This document shows positions 17,374-27,254 of a DNA stretch of 32,000 bases, in pieces. The position numbers were made by a program, and so were the translations under genes. The stretch's first letter is position 1. The number at the start of each line of letters is the position of its first letter. Origin of the DNA: an uncultured Bacillota bacterium (GTDB taxonomy: Bacteria; Bacillota; Clostridia; Caldicoprobacterales; Xylanivirgaceae); assembly GCA_938003945.1 (NCBI GenBank), contig CALKWW010000024.1:68796-100795 (forward strand), in the 5' to 3' direction. Below the pieces are notes generated by a model. It did not search any database. It was not told the DNA's origin and saw only the letters and a list, made by a program, of their open reading frames with translations.

Positions 17374-19158
17374 CTATACTGCTTTTAGAAATTTATATTG
17401 GGCTTGACATAGGCCATAGTACATTCCCTTCTTTTCAATGAGCTCATCGTGATTACCACTTTCAATTATATGTCTATCGTCTATTACCATTATCCTATCT
17501 ACTTTTCGTATAGTTGACAATCTGTGAGCGATTATAAATGATGTACGCCCCTTTAAGAGTCGTTCTAGAGCTTTTTGTATGAGTATCTCTGTCTGGGTGT
17601 CAATACTAGATGTGGCTTCGTCTAATATGAGTATCTTAGGGTCGGCAAGTAGGGCTCTGGCGAATGATATTAGTTGTTTTTGCCCCACTGATAGCCTAGA
17701 ACCTCTCTCCTTTACTTCAGTGTAATAGCCGTTTTCCATCTCCATTATAAAGTCATGGGCATGGACTGCCTTTGCAGCTTCTATAACTTCTTCGTCGGTG
17801 GCATCAAGTCTGCCATAGCGTATATTGTCCATAATTGTACCGGAGAATATAAAAGTATCCTGCATCATGATACCCATCTGTTTTCTTAATGAGTGAAGCT
17901 TTACATCTTTTATATTGTGGCCGTCTATGCGTACCTCTCCTTCTGTGACATCGTAAAAACGGCTTATGAGATTTACTATGGTGCTCTTGCCGGCGCCGGT
18001 AGGCCCTACGAGGGCCACTGTCTCACCAGGTTCTATATCAAAGCTTACATCCTCAAGGACCATTTTTTTATCATCATAGCTAAATGTGACATTGTCAAAT
18101 TCCACTCTTCCGACTATTTCGGGCATCTCTATGGCATTTGGGCTATCTTGAATTTCAGGTTTGGTGTCTAGTACTTCGAATATACGCTCTGTAGAAGCCA
18201 TTGCCACTAATATGGAATTATAAAAGTTTGAGATATTATTGAGTGGTTCCCAAAACCTTCCCGAATACCAAATTATAGATAAGAGGATACCCACTGTTAT
18301 CTCCCCTGTTATTAGTGCCCTTACCCCAAATATATATATGAGTACTGTACCCATTGTGGATATTATATCAATACATGGCCAAAACAGATTATTTATCTTT
18401 ATGGCATCCATCCAAGTAGATTTTATATCGTTGTTTAACTGTAAAAATATATTCTCGTTTTCTTTTTCTCTAACAAATGCTTGGGTCACCTTCATACCAG
18501 ATAGACTCTCATGTAGGTAGGCATTCATATTGGATGATTTCTTGCGCACTTCTTGCCATCTATGATGTATCTTTCTCTTTAGTTTGAAAGTTACCAACAA
18601 TAGCAGGGGTATGGTGGACATAGATATTAGCGTAAGCTTTACATTGATTGTGAGCATTATTATTATGATTATAATAAGGGTCAAAAAGTCTATAAGTACA
18701 TTTACTATACCATCGGTAAATAGCCCATTTAGGGAGTTTACGTCATTTATAACTCTTACCATTATCTTACCTGCTGGCTTACTGTCGAAAAAAGAAAAGG
18801 AGAGGGTCTGGATATGATTAAAGAGATCTTGTCTGAGGGTTGCAATTGCGGTTCTTCCTGCCCTATCCATTATGCGTATTCTATATCTCTGACATACTGC
18901 ATGTATAGCATTTGCTGATACATGTATGAGCAGTACCCACTGAAGGCCATCTAATCTTCCTATACTTATATGGTTGTCTATGGCTATCTTCATGAGATAT
19001 GGACCTGCTAGACTAGTTACAGCTACAATTACCATAAGACAGAAGGATATAAACACCTCTTTTTTATAGGGAGAAAGATAGCCTAAAAGTCGTTTAAATT
19101 GCTGTCTATCAAATGGTCTTTCAATTGCCTCATCGTCTATAAGTTTGGTCTGGGCCAT
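17374..19158 (-). CDS. ABC exporter half-transporter (TMD-NBD), consensus-Walker-B partner of a heterodimer
   Basis: 594 aa. Six-TM exporter-type domain, Walker A GPTGAGKST, signature LSVGQ (deviant), Walker B ILILDEATS (canonical Glu), H-loop IIAHR. The ATG directly abuts the stop of the upstream gene (TAAATG). Confidence 0.92.
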   Translation of the reverse strand: MAQTKLIDDEAIERPFDRQQFKRLLGYLSPYKKEVFISFCLMVIVAVTSLAGPYLMKIAIDNHISIGRLDGLQWVLLIHVSANAIHAVCQRYRIRIMDRAGRTAIATLRQDLFNHIQTLSFSFFDSKPAGKIMVRVINDVNSLNGLFTDGIVNVLIDFLTLIIIIIIMLTINVKLTLISMSTIPLLLLVTFKLKRKIHHRWQEVRKKSSNMNAYLHESLSGMKVTQAFVREKENENIFLQLNNDIKSTWMDAIKINNLFWPCIDIISTMGTVLIYIFGVRALITGEITVGILLSIIWYSGRFWEPLNNISNFYNSILVAMASTERIFEVLDTKPEIQDSPNAIEMPEIVGRVEFDNVTFSYDDKKMVLEDVSFDIEPGETVALVGPTGAGKSTIVNLISRFYDVTEGEVRIDGHNIKDVKLHSLRKQMGIMMQDTFIFSGTIMDNIRYGRLDATDEEVIEAAKAVHAHDFIMEMENGYYTEVKERGSRLSVGQKQLISFARALLADPKILILDEATSSIDTQTEILIQKALERLLKGRTSFIIAHRLSTIRKVDRIMVIDDRHIIESGNHDELIEKKGMYYGLCQAQYKFLKAV

Positions 19159-20910
19159 TTATATCACCTGCTTTCCAGTATTAATTGCATCGAAGTCCTT
19201 ATACTGTTCCCTATACATATTATAGTAAAGTCCTTTTTTATCTAGAAGGGTCTTATGTGTTCCCCTTTCTATTATCTCTCCATTATCTAACACGATTATC
19301 TGATCTGCGTCTTTAACAGAAGATATTCTATGGGCTATTATAAAGGTAGTCATATCATGGGTCACATGCTTTAAAGCTTTTTGGATTTTGTATTCGGTCT
19401 CCATATCTACGCTGGATGTACTGTCATCTAATATCAAGATTTTAGGCTGTTTTAAAATTGCCCGGGCAATAGCTATTCTCTGCTTTTGTCCCCCTGATAA
19501 TCCCATTCCTCTCTCTCCAATTATAGTGTCATATCCATAGGGCATTTCCATTATGAAATCATGGGCTTGGGCTATTTTTGCAGCTTCTATAATTTCGTCC
19601 ATTGGGGCATCTACTCTTCCAAAGGCTATATTTGCCTTTATGGTCTCAGAAAATAGAAATGTCTCCTGCATTACATACCCCATTTGACTTCTAAGTTCCT
19701 TCAATTTATAATCTCTGATATCTATACCATCAAGGATGATTCTTCCACAAGAACAGTCATAAAAGCGCCCTAAGAGATTTACTATTGAAGTCTTCCCAGC
19801 TCCAGTAGCTCCCATTATAGCTATTGTACTTCCAGGTGGTACATCTAGATCTATATTTTTTAGAACATCATTTTGTCTATATCTAAAAGACACATCTTCA
19901 AATTGTATATGCCCTGCAAAGTCCTTGGGAAAGACGGCATCTTTCTTTTCCTTTATACTAGAACCCAGGTCAAGATAATAGAATATCTTTTCACCTGAAG
20001 ATATTGCTTGTTCTGTCATATTGATGAGCCAGCCTAGCATGCGCATTGGGTTTGTTATCATCCACATATATCCAGTGAAGGCAACGAGAGTACCTAGAGA
20101 GATACTTCCTTTTATGACCATATATCCCCCAAACCCTAATAGGATTACAGGACTTAGGCTACTTAAAAAATCCATAAAGGGAAAGTATTTTGCCCAGATA
20201 TAGGAGGCTTGTAAATTCTTCTCCATCTGCTTTCTATTTTCAGTGGCAAACCTTTCACTTTCATAGTCTTCTCTGGCAAATGCCTTTACCACTCTGACTC
20301 CTGATATATTTTCCTGCGCCCTAGTGTTCAGTACCGCATCTTGCTCTCTGATTTCACCGAATGCAGGGCGTATGAGTTTATCAAATTGCCATGCCACAAA
20401 TGCCAAAAGGGGAGTTATGAGTATTACCACAGAGGCGAGTTTTACGTTTAGACTAAATATCACTATGAGGGCTCCTATAAAATGTATAGAATTTTCAATT
20501 ATAGTTATGGCCCCACCAGCAAAGAAATTACGTATACTCTCTAAATCTCCTGTCATACGTGACATTATATTACCTATCCTATGATTGTCGTAAAATTCAT
20601 AGGGTAATTCTTGAAGGTGTGTATACATATTATGTCTAAGGTCAAATATCAAATTCTGTGAGATGTCCTCAAACATATATGATCTTATGTATATTAGGAC
20701 ACTTCGAAGGATTGCGAGTACCACTAGAAGTATAAGTATATTGGCAAGTTTTTGTATTTGTCCATCTTTGATTACGTCATCTACTAAAATTTTAGTTAGA
20801 TATGGTGATACAAGCCTTGTCAGTACTACGATAATTAAGAGGGCTACAGCGATTGCAGTCCTCTTCTTATAATTGCTTAAAAGAGCGAATATTCTCTTTA
20901 GAACATCCAA
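19159..20910 (-). CDS. ABC exporter half-transporter (TMD-NBD), degenerate-Walker-B partner of a heterodimer
   Basis: 583 aa. TTG start preceded by AAGGGGG. Walker A GATGAGKTS, signature LSGGQ (canonical), Walker B ILILDDSTS (Asp replaces the catalytic Glu). Confidence 0.92.
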   Translation of the reverse strand: MDVLKRIFALLSNYKKRTAIAVALLIIVVLTRLVSPYLTKILVDDVIKDGQIQKLANILILLVVLAILRSVLIYIRSYMFEDISQNLIFDLRHNMYTHLQELPYEFYDNHRIGNIMSRMTGDLESIRNFFAGGAITIIENSIHFIGALIVIFSLNVKLASVVILITPLLAFVAWQFDKLIRPAFGEIREQDAVLNTRAQENISGVRVVKAFAREDYESERFATENRKQMEKNLQASYIWAKYFPFMDFLSSLSPVILLGFGGYMVIKGSISLGTLVAFTGYMWMITNPMRMLGWLINMTEQAISSGEKIFYYLDLGSSIKEKKDAVFPKDFAGHIQFEDVSFRYRQNDVLKNIDLDVPPGSTIAIMGATGAGKTSIVNLLGRFYDCSCGRIILDGIDIRDYKLKELRSQMGYVMQETFLFSETIKANIAFGRVDAPMDEIIEAAKIAQAHDFIMEMPYGYDTIIGERGMGLSGGQKQRIAIARAILKQPKILILDDSTSSVDMETEYKIQKALKHVTHDMTTFIIAHRISSVKDADQIIVLDNGEIIERGTHKTLLDKKGLYYNMYREQYKDFDAINTGKQVI

Positions 20911-20935
20911 ACAAATACCCCCTTAGAATTTTCAC

Positions 20936-20972
20936 ACTAATATATCGAGAATTATGACTAATATATCGAGAA
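20936..20972. repeat. tandem exact 16-nt direct repeat (ACTAATATATCGAGAA x2, 21-nt period) just upstream of the ABC operon start
   Basis: Copies at 20936-20951 and 20957-20972, separated by TTATG. They lie 26-62 nt upstream of the TTG start at 20910 on the other strand. Confidence 0.7.
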
Positions 20973-21153
20973 CTATATTAATGTTAAAAAGTTGATGAAG
21001 TTAATATGAGATCCACCAAGTTTATAAACTAATATTTTTAGTATCAAACTTGAAAAATTATAGTATTTGATTATATATTAATGGTAATCCTAAAATACGT
21101 CAAAGAGTATATAGGCGCAGATAATATCATATCTAATCTCAGTTATCATTCCA

Positions 21154-21186
21154 GTCAATTATACTTGATTTAAACGTATAATTGAC
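21154..21186. repeat. perfect 11-bp inverted repeat with an 11-nt spacer
   Basis: GTCAATTATAC (21154-21164), spacer TTGATTTAAAC, GTATAATTGAC (21176-21186). No U-run on either strand, so it is not a terminator. Confidence 0.7.
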
Positions 21187-21210
21187 ACTTTCATAGCGAT
21201 TTACTACCAT

Positions 21211-21232
21211 AATCATTATATATATAATGATT
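21211..21232. repeat. perfect 22-bp palindrome (candidate operator)
   Basis: AATCATTATATATATAATGATT equals its own reverse complement. It is immediately followed by the second copy of the 13-mer GTCAAAGAGTATA (21235-21247). The first copy is at 21099-21111. Confidence 0.7.
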
Positions 21233-21387
21233 GTGTCAAAGAGTATAATTTGTGTATAGTAATAAGCAAGAATATACAAAACGATAGGGAGAAGAGATGA
21301 AAATAGATTGCATTTTGGAGATGATAATATGGCTGTCAGTGTGAATGGAGTAGATAGAAACACAAAACACTAAAACATGGACCTTGT

Positions 21388-21416
21388 TTGAAGAGTGTTA
21401 TATTTTGTGATATAAT
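21388..21416 (+). promoter_or_regulatory. putative sigma-A promoter for the 1420-aa activase-fusion gene
   Basis: TTGAAG (21388-21393), 17 nt, then TGaTATAAT, an extended -10 with TATAAT at 21411-21416. This leaves a leader of about 125 nt before the ATG at 21547. Confidence 0.45.
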
Positions 21417-21546
21417 ACCGTGACAAGATATTAAGATGCGAATTACGTATTATGAGTGTAAGCAGTGCATATATATCATATTAAGGCAATCTCTATGGAC
21501 AAATTGTGTTTTATTTCGGCGAAACAAGAGGGGGTTATAAAAATTT

Positions 21547-24500
21547 ATGACAGTTAGTGAGACGATTAAGAGACCTTCATATTTAGGTTTAGATGTTGGT
21601 TCTACAACTGTAAAAGTGGTCGTGTTAGATGATGAGGATCAAATAATATATAGTAATTATAGAAGACATTACTCAGATGTAGAAAATAGTGTAGGTGAGA
21701 TACTAGAAGAGGTATATAAAAATTTAGGTGAATTTGAAGTAACTATGGCTGTTACTGGCTCCGGTGGTCTTATGGTACATAAGTGGCTGGATATCCCATT
21801 TGTACAAGAGGTTATAGCCTGTTCCATGGCAGTAGAAGAGCTCATACCAGAGACAGATGTTGCGATCGAGCTAGGTGGCGAAGATGCCAAAATCACGTAT
21901 TTCTCCGGCAATATGGAACAACGGATGAATGGTACCTGCGCCGGCGGTACTGGTGCATTCATAGATCAAATGGCATCCCTGATAGAGACTGATGCGAAGG
22001 GTTTAAATGATCTTGCAGGGAAGCATGAGAATATATATCCAATAGCATCCCGCTGTGGTGTATTTGCAAAGACTGATGTACAAGCTTTGTTGAATCAGGG
22101 TGCCTCTAAAGAAGATATAGCTGTCTCTGTCTTTCAGTCAGTGGTCAACCAGACTATAACAGCATTAGCTTGTGGTCGAAGGATTGAGGGGAAGGTAGCT
22201 TTCATGGGTGGCCCACTACATTTTTTGCCCGAACTTAGAAAGAGATTTGCAGAGACATTAAAGCTTGAGGATGGAGATGTCATAATACCGGAAAACTCTC
22301 AATTATTCGTGGCGATAGGTGCAGCTATTGCTTCCAAGGCCAATGAATCTGTAAGTTTTAGTAGTTTGCGAAATAGATTGGATCATTTTGATGTAAGTGT
22401 GGATAAGGAGATAAAGCGACTTAGACCTCTATTTATAGATGAACAAGAGTATAGAGAGTTTAAGGATAGACATGATAAGTATAGTCCTCAAATGCGTGAT
22501 ATAAGTTCATTTGAGGGGAAATGCTTTTTAGGGATAGATGCAGGTTCTACTACTACCAAAGCAGTGCTTATAGATGAAGATAATAATATCCTATATTCTT
22601 ATTATGACAACAATAAGGGCAGGCCCCTTGAGATTACAATGCACATACTAAAAGAGATATATAGCCTTTTGCCTGAAAATGCGACTATAGTAAATTCAGC
22701 AGTTACAGGATATGGTGAGGACCTTATAAAGTCTGCATTGGGTGTGGACATAGGGATGGTAGAAACTATTGCCCACTATAGGGCGGCAGATCACTTTCAA
22801 CCTGGGGTAGATTTCATAATGGATATAGGTGGGCAAGATATGAAATGTATACGTATAAAAGATGGAGTTATAGAAGATATACTCTTGAATGAGGCGTGTT
22901 CTTCTGGTTGTGGTTCGTTTATCGAAACTTTTGCCCATTCTATAGGGATAGGAGTAGAGGAGTTTTTAAAGAAGGCTCTTAATGCTCAAAATCCTGTAGA
23001 TCTAGGTTCTCGATGCACTGTATTTATGAATTCTAGGGTAAAACAGGCTCAAAAAGAAGGTGCAACCGTAGGCGATATAGCAGCAGGTATTTCCTATTCT
23101 GTGATAAAAAATGCCCTTCAAAAGGTCATAAGGATAAAGAATACTGAAGAACTTGGGGAGAAAATAGTTGCCCAAGGGGGGACTTTCTCAAGTGATGCAG
23201 TTTTGAGAAGTTTTGAGTTATTATCTGGCAGGGAAGTTGTGCGTCCTTCTATACCAGGGCTCATGGGTGCCTTAGGAGCAGCCCTGACTGCTAAGGAAGA
23301 GTATGTCTTAGGATACGAGTCTACACTCATTGATATGGAAGAAATAGAAAGCTTTACGCACAAGACCAGTATGGTAAGGTGTGGTAGGTGTGGCAATAAC
23401 TGCCTGCTCACTATAAGTGATTTTGGTTCTAGGGGCAGATTTATATCAGGAAATAGATGTGAAAGAGCTTATGGTGCGGGGAAATCGAAGAAGAACATTC
23501 CTAATCTCTACAAATATAAATATGACAGGATATTTGGCTATGAACCTTTGCCCATGGAAGAGGCACCAAGGGGCGTTGTGGGAATGCCTAGAGTACTCAA
23601 TATGTACGAAAATTACCCGTTTTGGTTTACCCTGTTTACAGAGCTGGGTTTTAGAGTAGAGCTATCGTGTCATTCGTCTAGGGAAGTATATGAGATGGGT
23701 ATGGATACTGTACCGTCTGATTCTATTTGTTATCCTGCCAAATTGGCTCACGGTCATATAATGGACCTTATAGATCGGGGTATAAAATTTATATTTCATC
23801 CTTGTGTATTTTATGAGAAAAAAGAGGACGAGGAGGCGAATAACCATTTAAATTGCCCTATAGTTATCTCCTATGCTGAGGTGATAGAGAACAATATAGA
23901 TGAAGTAAATGCAGAGGATATTACCTTTATGCATCCCTTTATATCACTAGATGATTTAGACGGACTTAAAAAACATATGCATAGCGAACTCCGCTCTTTT
24001 AAGGTCTCCAGAGGGGAGATAAATGCTGCAGTAGATAGGGCATGGGACGAAAAACAGAGAGTAGATAGAGATATACAAGATAAGGGTGAAGAGGTACTTA
24101 AATATATGCGGGGTAGAGGTATGAAGGGAATAGTCCTTGCAGGACGCCCATACCACATAGATCCAGAGATAAATCATGGTATAGCTGACCTAATAACCTC
24201 ACTTGGTATGGCTGTACTTACAGAAGATTCAGTTGCTCATCTAGGTGATGTGGAACGTCCAATTAGGGTGATGGATCAATGGACTTTCCATTCTAGACTA
24301 TATGCGGCGGCAAATTTTGTTGCCACTCAAAGAGATATTGAACTTGTGCAGCTTAATTCATTCGGATGCGGTTTAGATGCAGTGACCACAGATCAGGTAG
24401 AAGAGATATTAGCTGGCTATGATAAAATATATACTGTACTTAAGATAGATGAGTTGAATAATTTAGGAGCTGCTAAGATAAGACTTCGATCTCTCATGGC

Positions 24501-25809
24501 TGCAATGGAAGAACGAGATAAAAATGGTTTTGTACCTGAGAAGGTAGGTAAACCTTTTAAACGGGTTGTATTTACTAAAGAGATGCGCGAAAATCATACT
24601 ATACTTGTGCCTCAGATGGCCCCTATACATTTTGAACTCATAGAGGCGGCTATGAACACATGTGGATATAATTTAGAGATTCTACCTTCTGTGGATAAGG
24701 ATGCCATAGATGAAGGTCTCAGTCTTGTCAACAATGATGCCTGTTATCCTGCTATAATTACAGTAGGTCAGTTTATACATGCCCTAAAATCGGGCAAATA
24801 TGATCTTGACAATACATCTGTATTGATGAGCCAGACCGGTGGAGTCTGTAGGGCATCGAATTATATAGGTTTTATACGCAAGGCGCTTAAGGATGCAGGC
24901 CTTGGGGATATTCCCGTTATATCGGTAAGTGCTGCCGGTCTTGAAAGCAACCCGGGATTTACCTATTCATGGGATATGGCCACAAAGGGTGTAATGGCGC
25001 TTCTATATGGTGATCTCTTAATGAATGTATTATATAGGGTTAGACCATACGAAAAGATAGAAGGTTCTGCCAATGAGCTATTTGATAAGTGGATGGAAAG
25101 ATGTAAAGAGTCGGTGAGGAAGGGAGACCGTAAGGAGTTTAAGCAATATGTGCGGCAGATAGTGGATGACTTTGATAATCTAGAACTCAAAGATATACAA
25201 AAGCCCAAGGTAGGGATAGTAGGTGAAATCCTTGTCAAGTATCATCCTACTGCAAATAACAATCTTGTAGATATTTTAGAGGCAGAGGGCGCGGAAGTGG
25301 TGGTGCCGGATCTTACGGGGTTTCTACTCTATTGTGCACAGAATGAGCGATATAAACATAAATATCTGTCAAAAGGTAAACTCAATAAGATTGCAGGAGA
25401 TATCTCCATATGGTATCTAGAATTTTGGCGCAAGGATATGAAACGAGTTCTTGCAAAGAGTAAGCGTTTTACTCCTCCAAGTACAATAAAGGAACTCGGA
25501 GAGGCAGCCAAACCTATAGTTGCCCTTGGCAATCAAGCTGGGGAGGGATGGTTACTTACAGCAGATATGGTCCTCCTCATAGAGCAGGGAGTAGAGAACA
25601 TTGTATGTGTTCAGCCCTTTGCTTGTCTACCTAATCATATAACAGGAAAAGGTGTCATAGGTCGACTTAAATCTATATATCCAAAGGCAAATATTGTAGC
25701 AATTGACTATGATCCGGGGGCAAGTGAAGTAAATCAACTGAACAGAATAAAGCTTATGCTTGCAAATGCCTTTAAAAATATGGGAAGCTCATATGTTCAA
25801 AGTATATAA
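21547..25809 (+). CDS. fusion protein: two tandem BcrAD/BadFG/HgdC-type ATPase (activase) modules, a Cys-rich linker, and a DUF2229-like plus 2-hydroxyacyl-CoA-dehydratase-D-like C-terminal part
   Basis: 1420 aa. Module 1 starts [14 protein letters not shown] and has NGTCAGGTG and SRCGVFA. Module 2 starts [14 protein letters not shown] (about residue 327) and has EACSSGCGS and SRCTVFM. Linker CGRCGNNC...C (23380-23460). Then [22 protein letters not shown] (about residue 680) and a C-terminal dehydratase-like region ([20 protein letters not shown]). Confidence 0.9.
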   Translation: MTVSETIKRPSYLGLDVGSTTVKVVVLDDEDQIIYSNYRRHYSDVENSVGEILEEVYKNLGEFEVTMAVTGSGGLMVHKWLDIPFVQEVIACSMAVEELIPETDVAIELGGEDAKITYFSGNMEQRMNGTCAGGTGAFIDQMASLIETDAKGLNDLAGKHENIYPIASRCGVFAKTDVQALLNQGASKEDIAVSVFQSVVNQTITALACGRRIEGKVAFMGGPLHFLPELRKRFAETLKLEDGDVIIPENSQLFVAIGAAIASKANESVSFSSLRNRLDHFDVSVDKEIKRLRPLFIDEQEYREFKDRHDKYSPQMRDISSFEGKCFLGIDAGSTTTKAVLIDEDNNILYSYYDNNKGRPLEITMHILKEIYSLLPENATIVNSAVTGYGEDLIKSALGVDIGMVETIAHYRAADHFQPGVDFIMDIGGQDMKCIRIKDGVIEDILLNEACSSGCGSFIETFAHSIGIGVEEFLKKALNAQNPVDLGSRCTVFMNSRVKQAQKEGATVGDIAAGISYSVIKNALQKVIRIKNTEELGEKIVAQGGTFSSDAVLRSFELLSGREVVRPSIPGLMGALGAALTAKEEYVLGYESTLIDMEEIESFTHKTSMVRCGRCGNNCLLTISDFGSRGRFISGNRCERAYGAGKSKKNIPNLYKYKYDRIFGYEPLPMEEAPRGVVGMPRVLNMYENYPFWFTLFTELGFRVELSCHSSREVYEMGMDTVPSDSICYPAKLAHGHIMDLIDRGIKFIFHPCVFYEKKEDEEANNHLNCPIVISYAEVIENNIDEVNAEDITFMHPFISLDDLDGLKKHMHSELRSFKVSRGEINAAVDRAWDEKQRVDRDIQDKGEEVLKYMRGRGMKGIVLAGRPYHIDPEINHGIADLITSLGMAVLTEDSVAHLGDVERPIRVMDQWTFHSRLYAAANFVATQRDIELVQLNSFGCGLDAVTTDQVEEILAGYDKIYTVLKIDELNNLGAAKIRLRSLMAAMEERDKNGFVPEKVGKPFKRVVFTKEMRENHTILVPQMAPIHFELIEAAMNTCGYNLEILPSVDKDAIDEGLSLVNNDACYPAIITVGQFIHALKSGKYDLDNTSVLMSQTGGVCRASNYIGFIRKALKDAGLGDIPVISVSAAGLESNPGFTYSWDMATKGVMALLYGDLLMNVLYRVRPYEKIEGSANELFDKWMERCKESVRKGDRKEFKQYVRQIVDDFDNLELKDIQKPKVGIVGEILVKYHPTANNNLVDILEAEGAEVVVPDLTGFLLYCAQNERYKHKYLSKGKLNKIAGDISIWYLEFWRKDMKRVLAKSKRFTPPSTIKELGEAAKPIVALGNQAGEGWLLTADMVLLIEQGVENIVCVQPFACLPNHITGKGVIGRLKSIYPKANIVAIDYDPGASEVNQLNRIKLMLANAFKNMGSSYVQSI

Positions 25810-25812
25810 GTC

Positions 25813-25844
25813 AAAACACCCTGTGCAATTGCACAGGGTGTTTT
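25813..25844. terminator. bidirectional intrinsic terminator between the activase fusion and the radical SAM gene
   Basis: AAAA-CACCCTGTGC-AATT-GCACAGGGTG-TTTT. A GC-rich 10-bp stem flanked by an A-run and a T-run. Confidence 0.9.
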
Positions 25845-25898
25845 AGCTTATGGAAAATTTATCAATCTATTTCAATAGTTATATCGATTATATATGAT

Positions 25899-27254
25899 TC
25901 AACTAGCCTTCTTAAGTTGGCTGTAGATATTATCATTGTCTGAGTTGGACGCTTTTTTGAATATACTACATCCTACATTACTAGCTATGCACAGTCCTAT
26001 TCTTCTCATACCTGCTTCAAAACCGAATAGTTTAAACATCTTAAGGGCACCTTTGAATGAATAAAATTCATCTACGGCATTGAAAAATTCGGCTTGTAGT
26101 TCCCAAGGGGACATATTCTTTGGTTTAAATACCACATTCATCATATCGTAGTATTGCCAATCATCTATGAGTATTCTCTTTTCTTTTTTAAATTGTTCAT
26201 ATATAGGAGTACCGGGATAGGGGGTGAGTATGGCTGGTTGCAGTTGATAGGCATTTATCTCTTTACAAAATTGTACTGCATCTCTTATATCTTGTTTAGT
26301 ATCGTAATCCAAGCCTAAAACTAAGCTAGCTATGAGTTTTATATTATATTTTTGCAATGTCTCACCACACATGCGAATGTCTTCTATTTTTTGTTTCTTG
26401 TTTATGTAATCAAGGGAGTCTTGATTTAGAGATTCTATACCTATAAGTACTCTATTTAGATTGGTATCCCTAAGTAGTTCTAGAAGTTCTTTATCTTTTG
26501 CCATGTCGGTTCGTCCAAAATAAAAGGTTTCTTTAAAAGTAACATCTTCCCTTATCATTTTTTCTAAGATTTCCTTTGCCCTAGGTTTATTTGCTGTAAA
26601 ATTGTCATCTTCAAAGTTTACATATTTAAAGCCCATATCCTTATATAGTTTTAGTTCTTCAATTACATTATCAGGGCTTCTATATCTGTAGGGATAGAAC
26701 ATACGTGATGTTGTGCAAAATATACAATTGAAAGGGCATCCCCTAGATGTCATTACGTTTGCGGCTTGACAAGGTGTTTCAAGTAGGGAGTAATCGGGGA
26801 AGGGTATATCATCTAGATTCTCTATGGGGGGAGCATATATTATATCCTCTTTTATATTACCCTCCATTGCGTCGACTATAACTTTTTCAGCCTCTCCTAT
26901 TATGACATGATCTGCGTGTTTAAGGGCTTCTTCGGGGAGGGCAGATGCATGCATGCCACCTATTATTACTGGTTTTTTATACTTTTCTCTAAGTATATCT
27001 CCAAGCTCATATGCTCTGATTGCATTTGATGTCATTGTATATATACCTACTGCATCTGCATCTTTTACTACATCAATATCTACGTCTTGATATAGTTCTT
27101 CGTAAACTTTCACGTGATGTCCTGCATCTTCTAAAATCCTGCCGAGTATAAGGGGGCCAGTTATGGAGTTACTTCTGCCATAAAAAGAGCCACCTAGCCT
27201 ATATACCCAATTACGTCGTATATCTGCTGCGGGCACTATAAACAATATCTTCAT
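25899..27254 (-). CDS. B12-binding-domain radical SAM enzyme (class B-like), function unknown
   Basis: I prefer the ATG at 27254 (MKILFIVP), preceded by AAAGGAG; the track's GTG at 27263 lies inside that SD. N-terminal Rossmann-like B12-binding-type domain. CPFNCIFC = CX3CX2C (complement of 26715-26738). Confidence 0.88.
   Translation of the reverse strand: MKILFIVPAADIRRNWVYRLGGSFYGRSNSITGPLILGRILEDAGHHVKVYEELYQDVDIDVVKDADAVGIYTMTSNAIRAYELGDILREKYKKPVIIGGMHASALPEEALKHADHVIIGEAEKVIVDAMEGNIKEDIIYAPPIENLDDIPFPDYSLLETPCQAANVMTSRGCPFNCIFCTTSRMFYPYRYRSPDNVIEELKLYKDMGFKYVNFEDDNFTANKPRAKEILEKMIREDVTFKETFYFGRTDMAKDKELLELLRDTNLNRVLIGIESLNQDSLDYINKKQKIEDIRMCGETLQKYNIKLIASLVLGLDYDTKQDIRDAVQFCKEINAYQLQPAILTPYPGTPIYEQFKKEKRILIDDWQYYDMMNVVFKPKNMSPWELQAEFFNAVDEFYSFKGALKMFKLFGFEAGMRRIGLCIASNVGCSIFKKASNSDNDNIYSQLKKAS

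Noticed and set aside
21297-21344. 15-codon + strand mini-ORF MKIDCILEMIIWLSV with GGGAG 6 nt upstream, considered as a leader peptide for the activase gene
   Set aside because: It lies upstream of the best promoter candidate (21388-21416), so it would not be in the leader. It is also too short to evaluate without conservation data.
21139-21363. 74-aa minus-strand ORF (GTG start) in the ABC/activase intergenic region
   Set aside because: There is no convincing SD, and the composition is extremely I/L/Y/F-rich as expected from AT-rich non-coding DNA. It spans the palindromes, which are more plausibly regulatory DNA.
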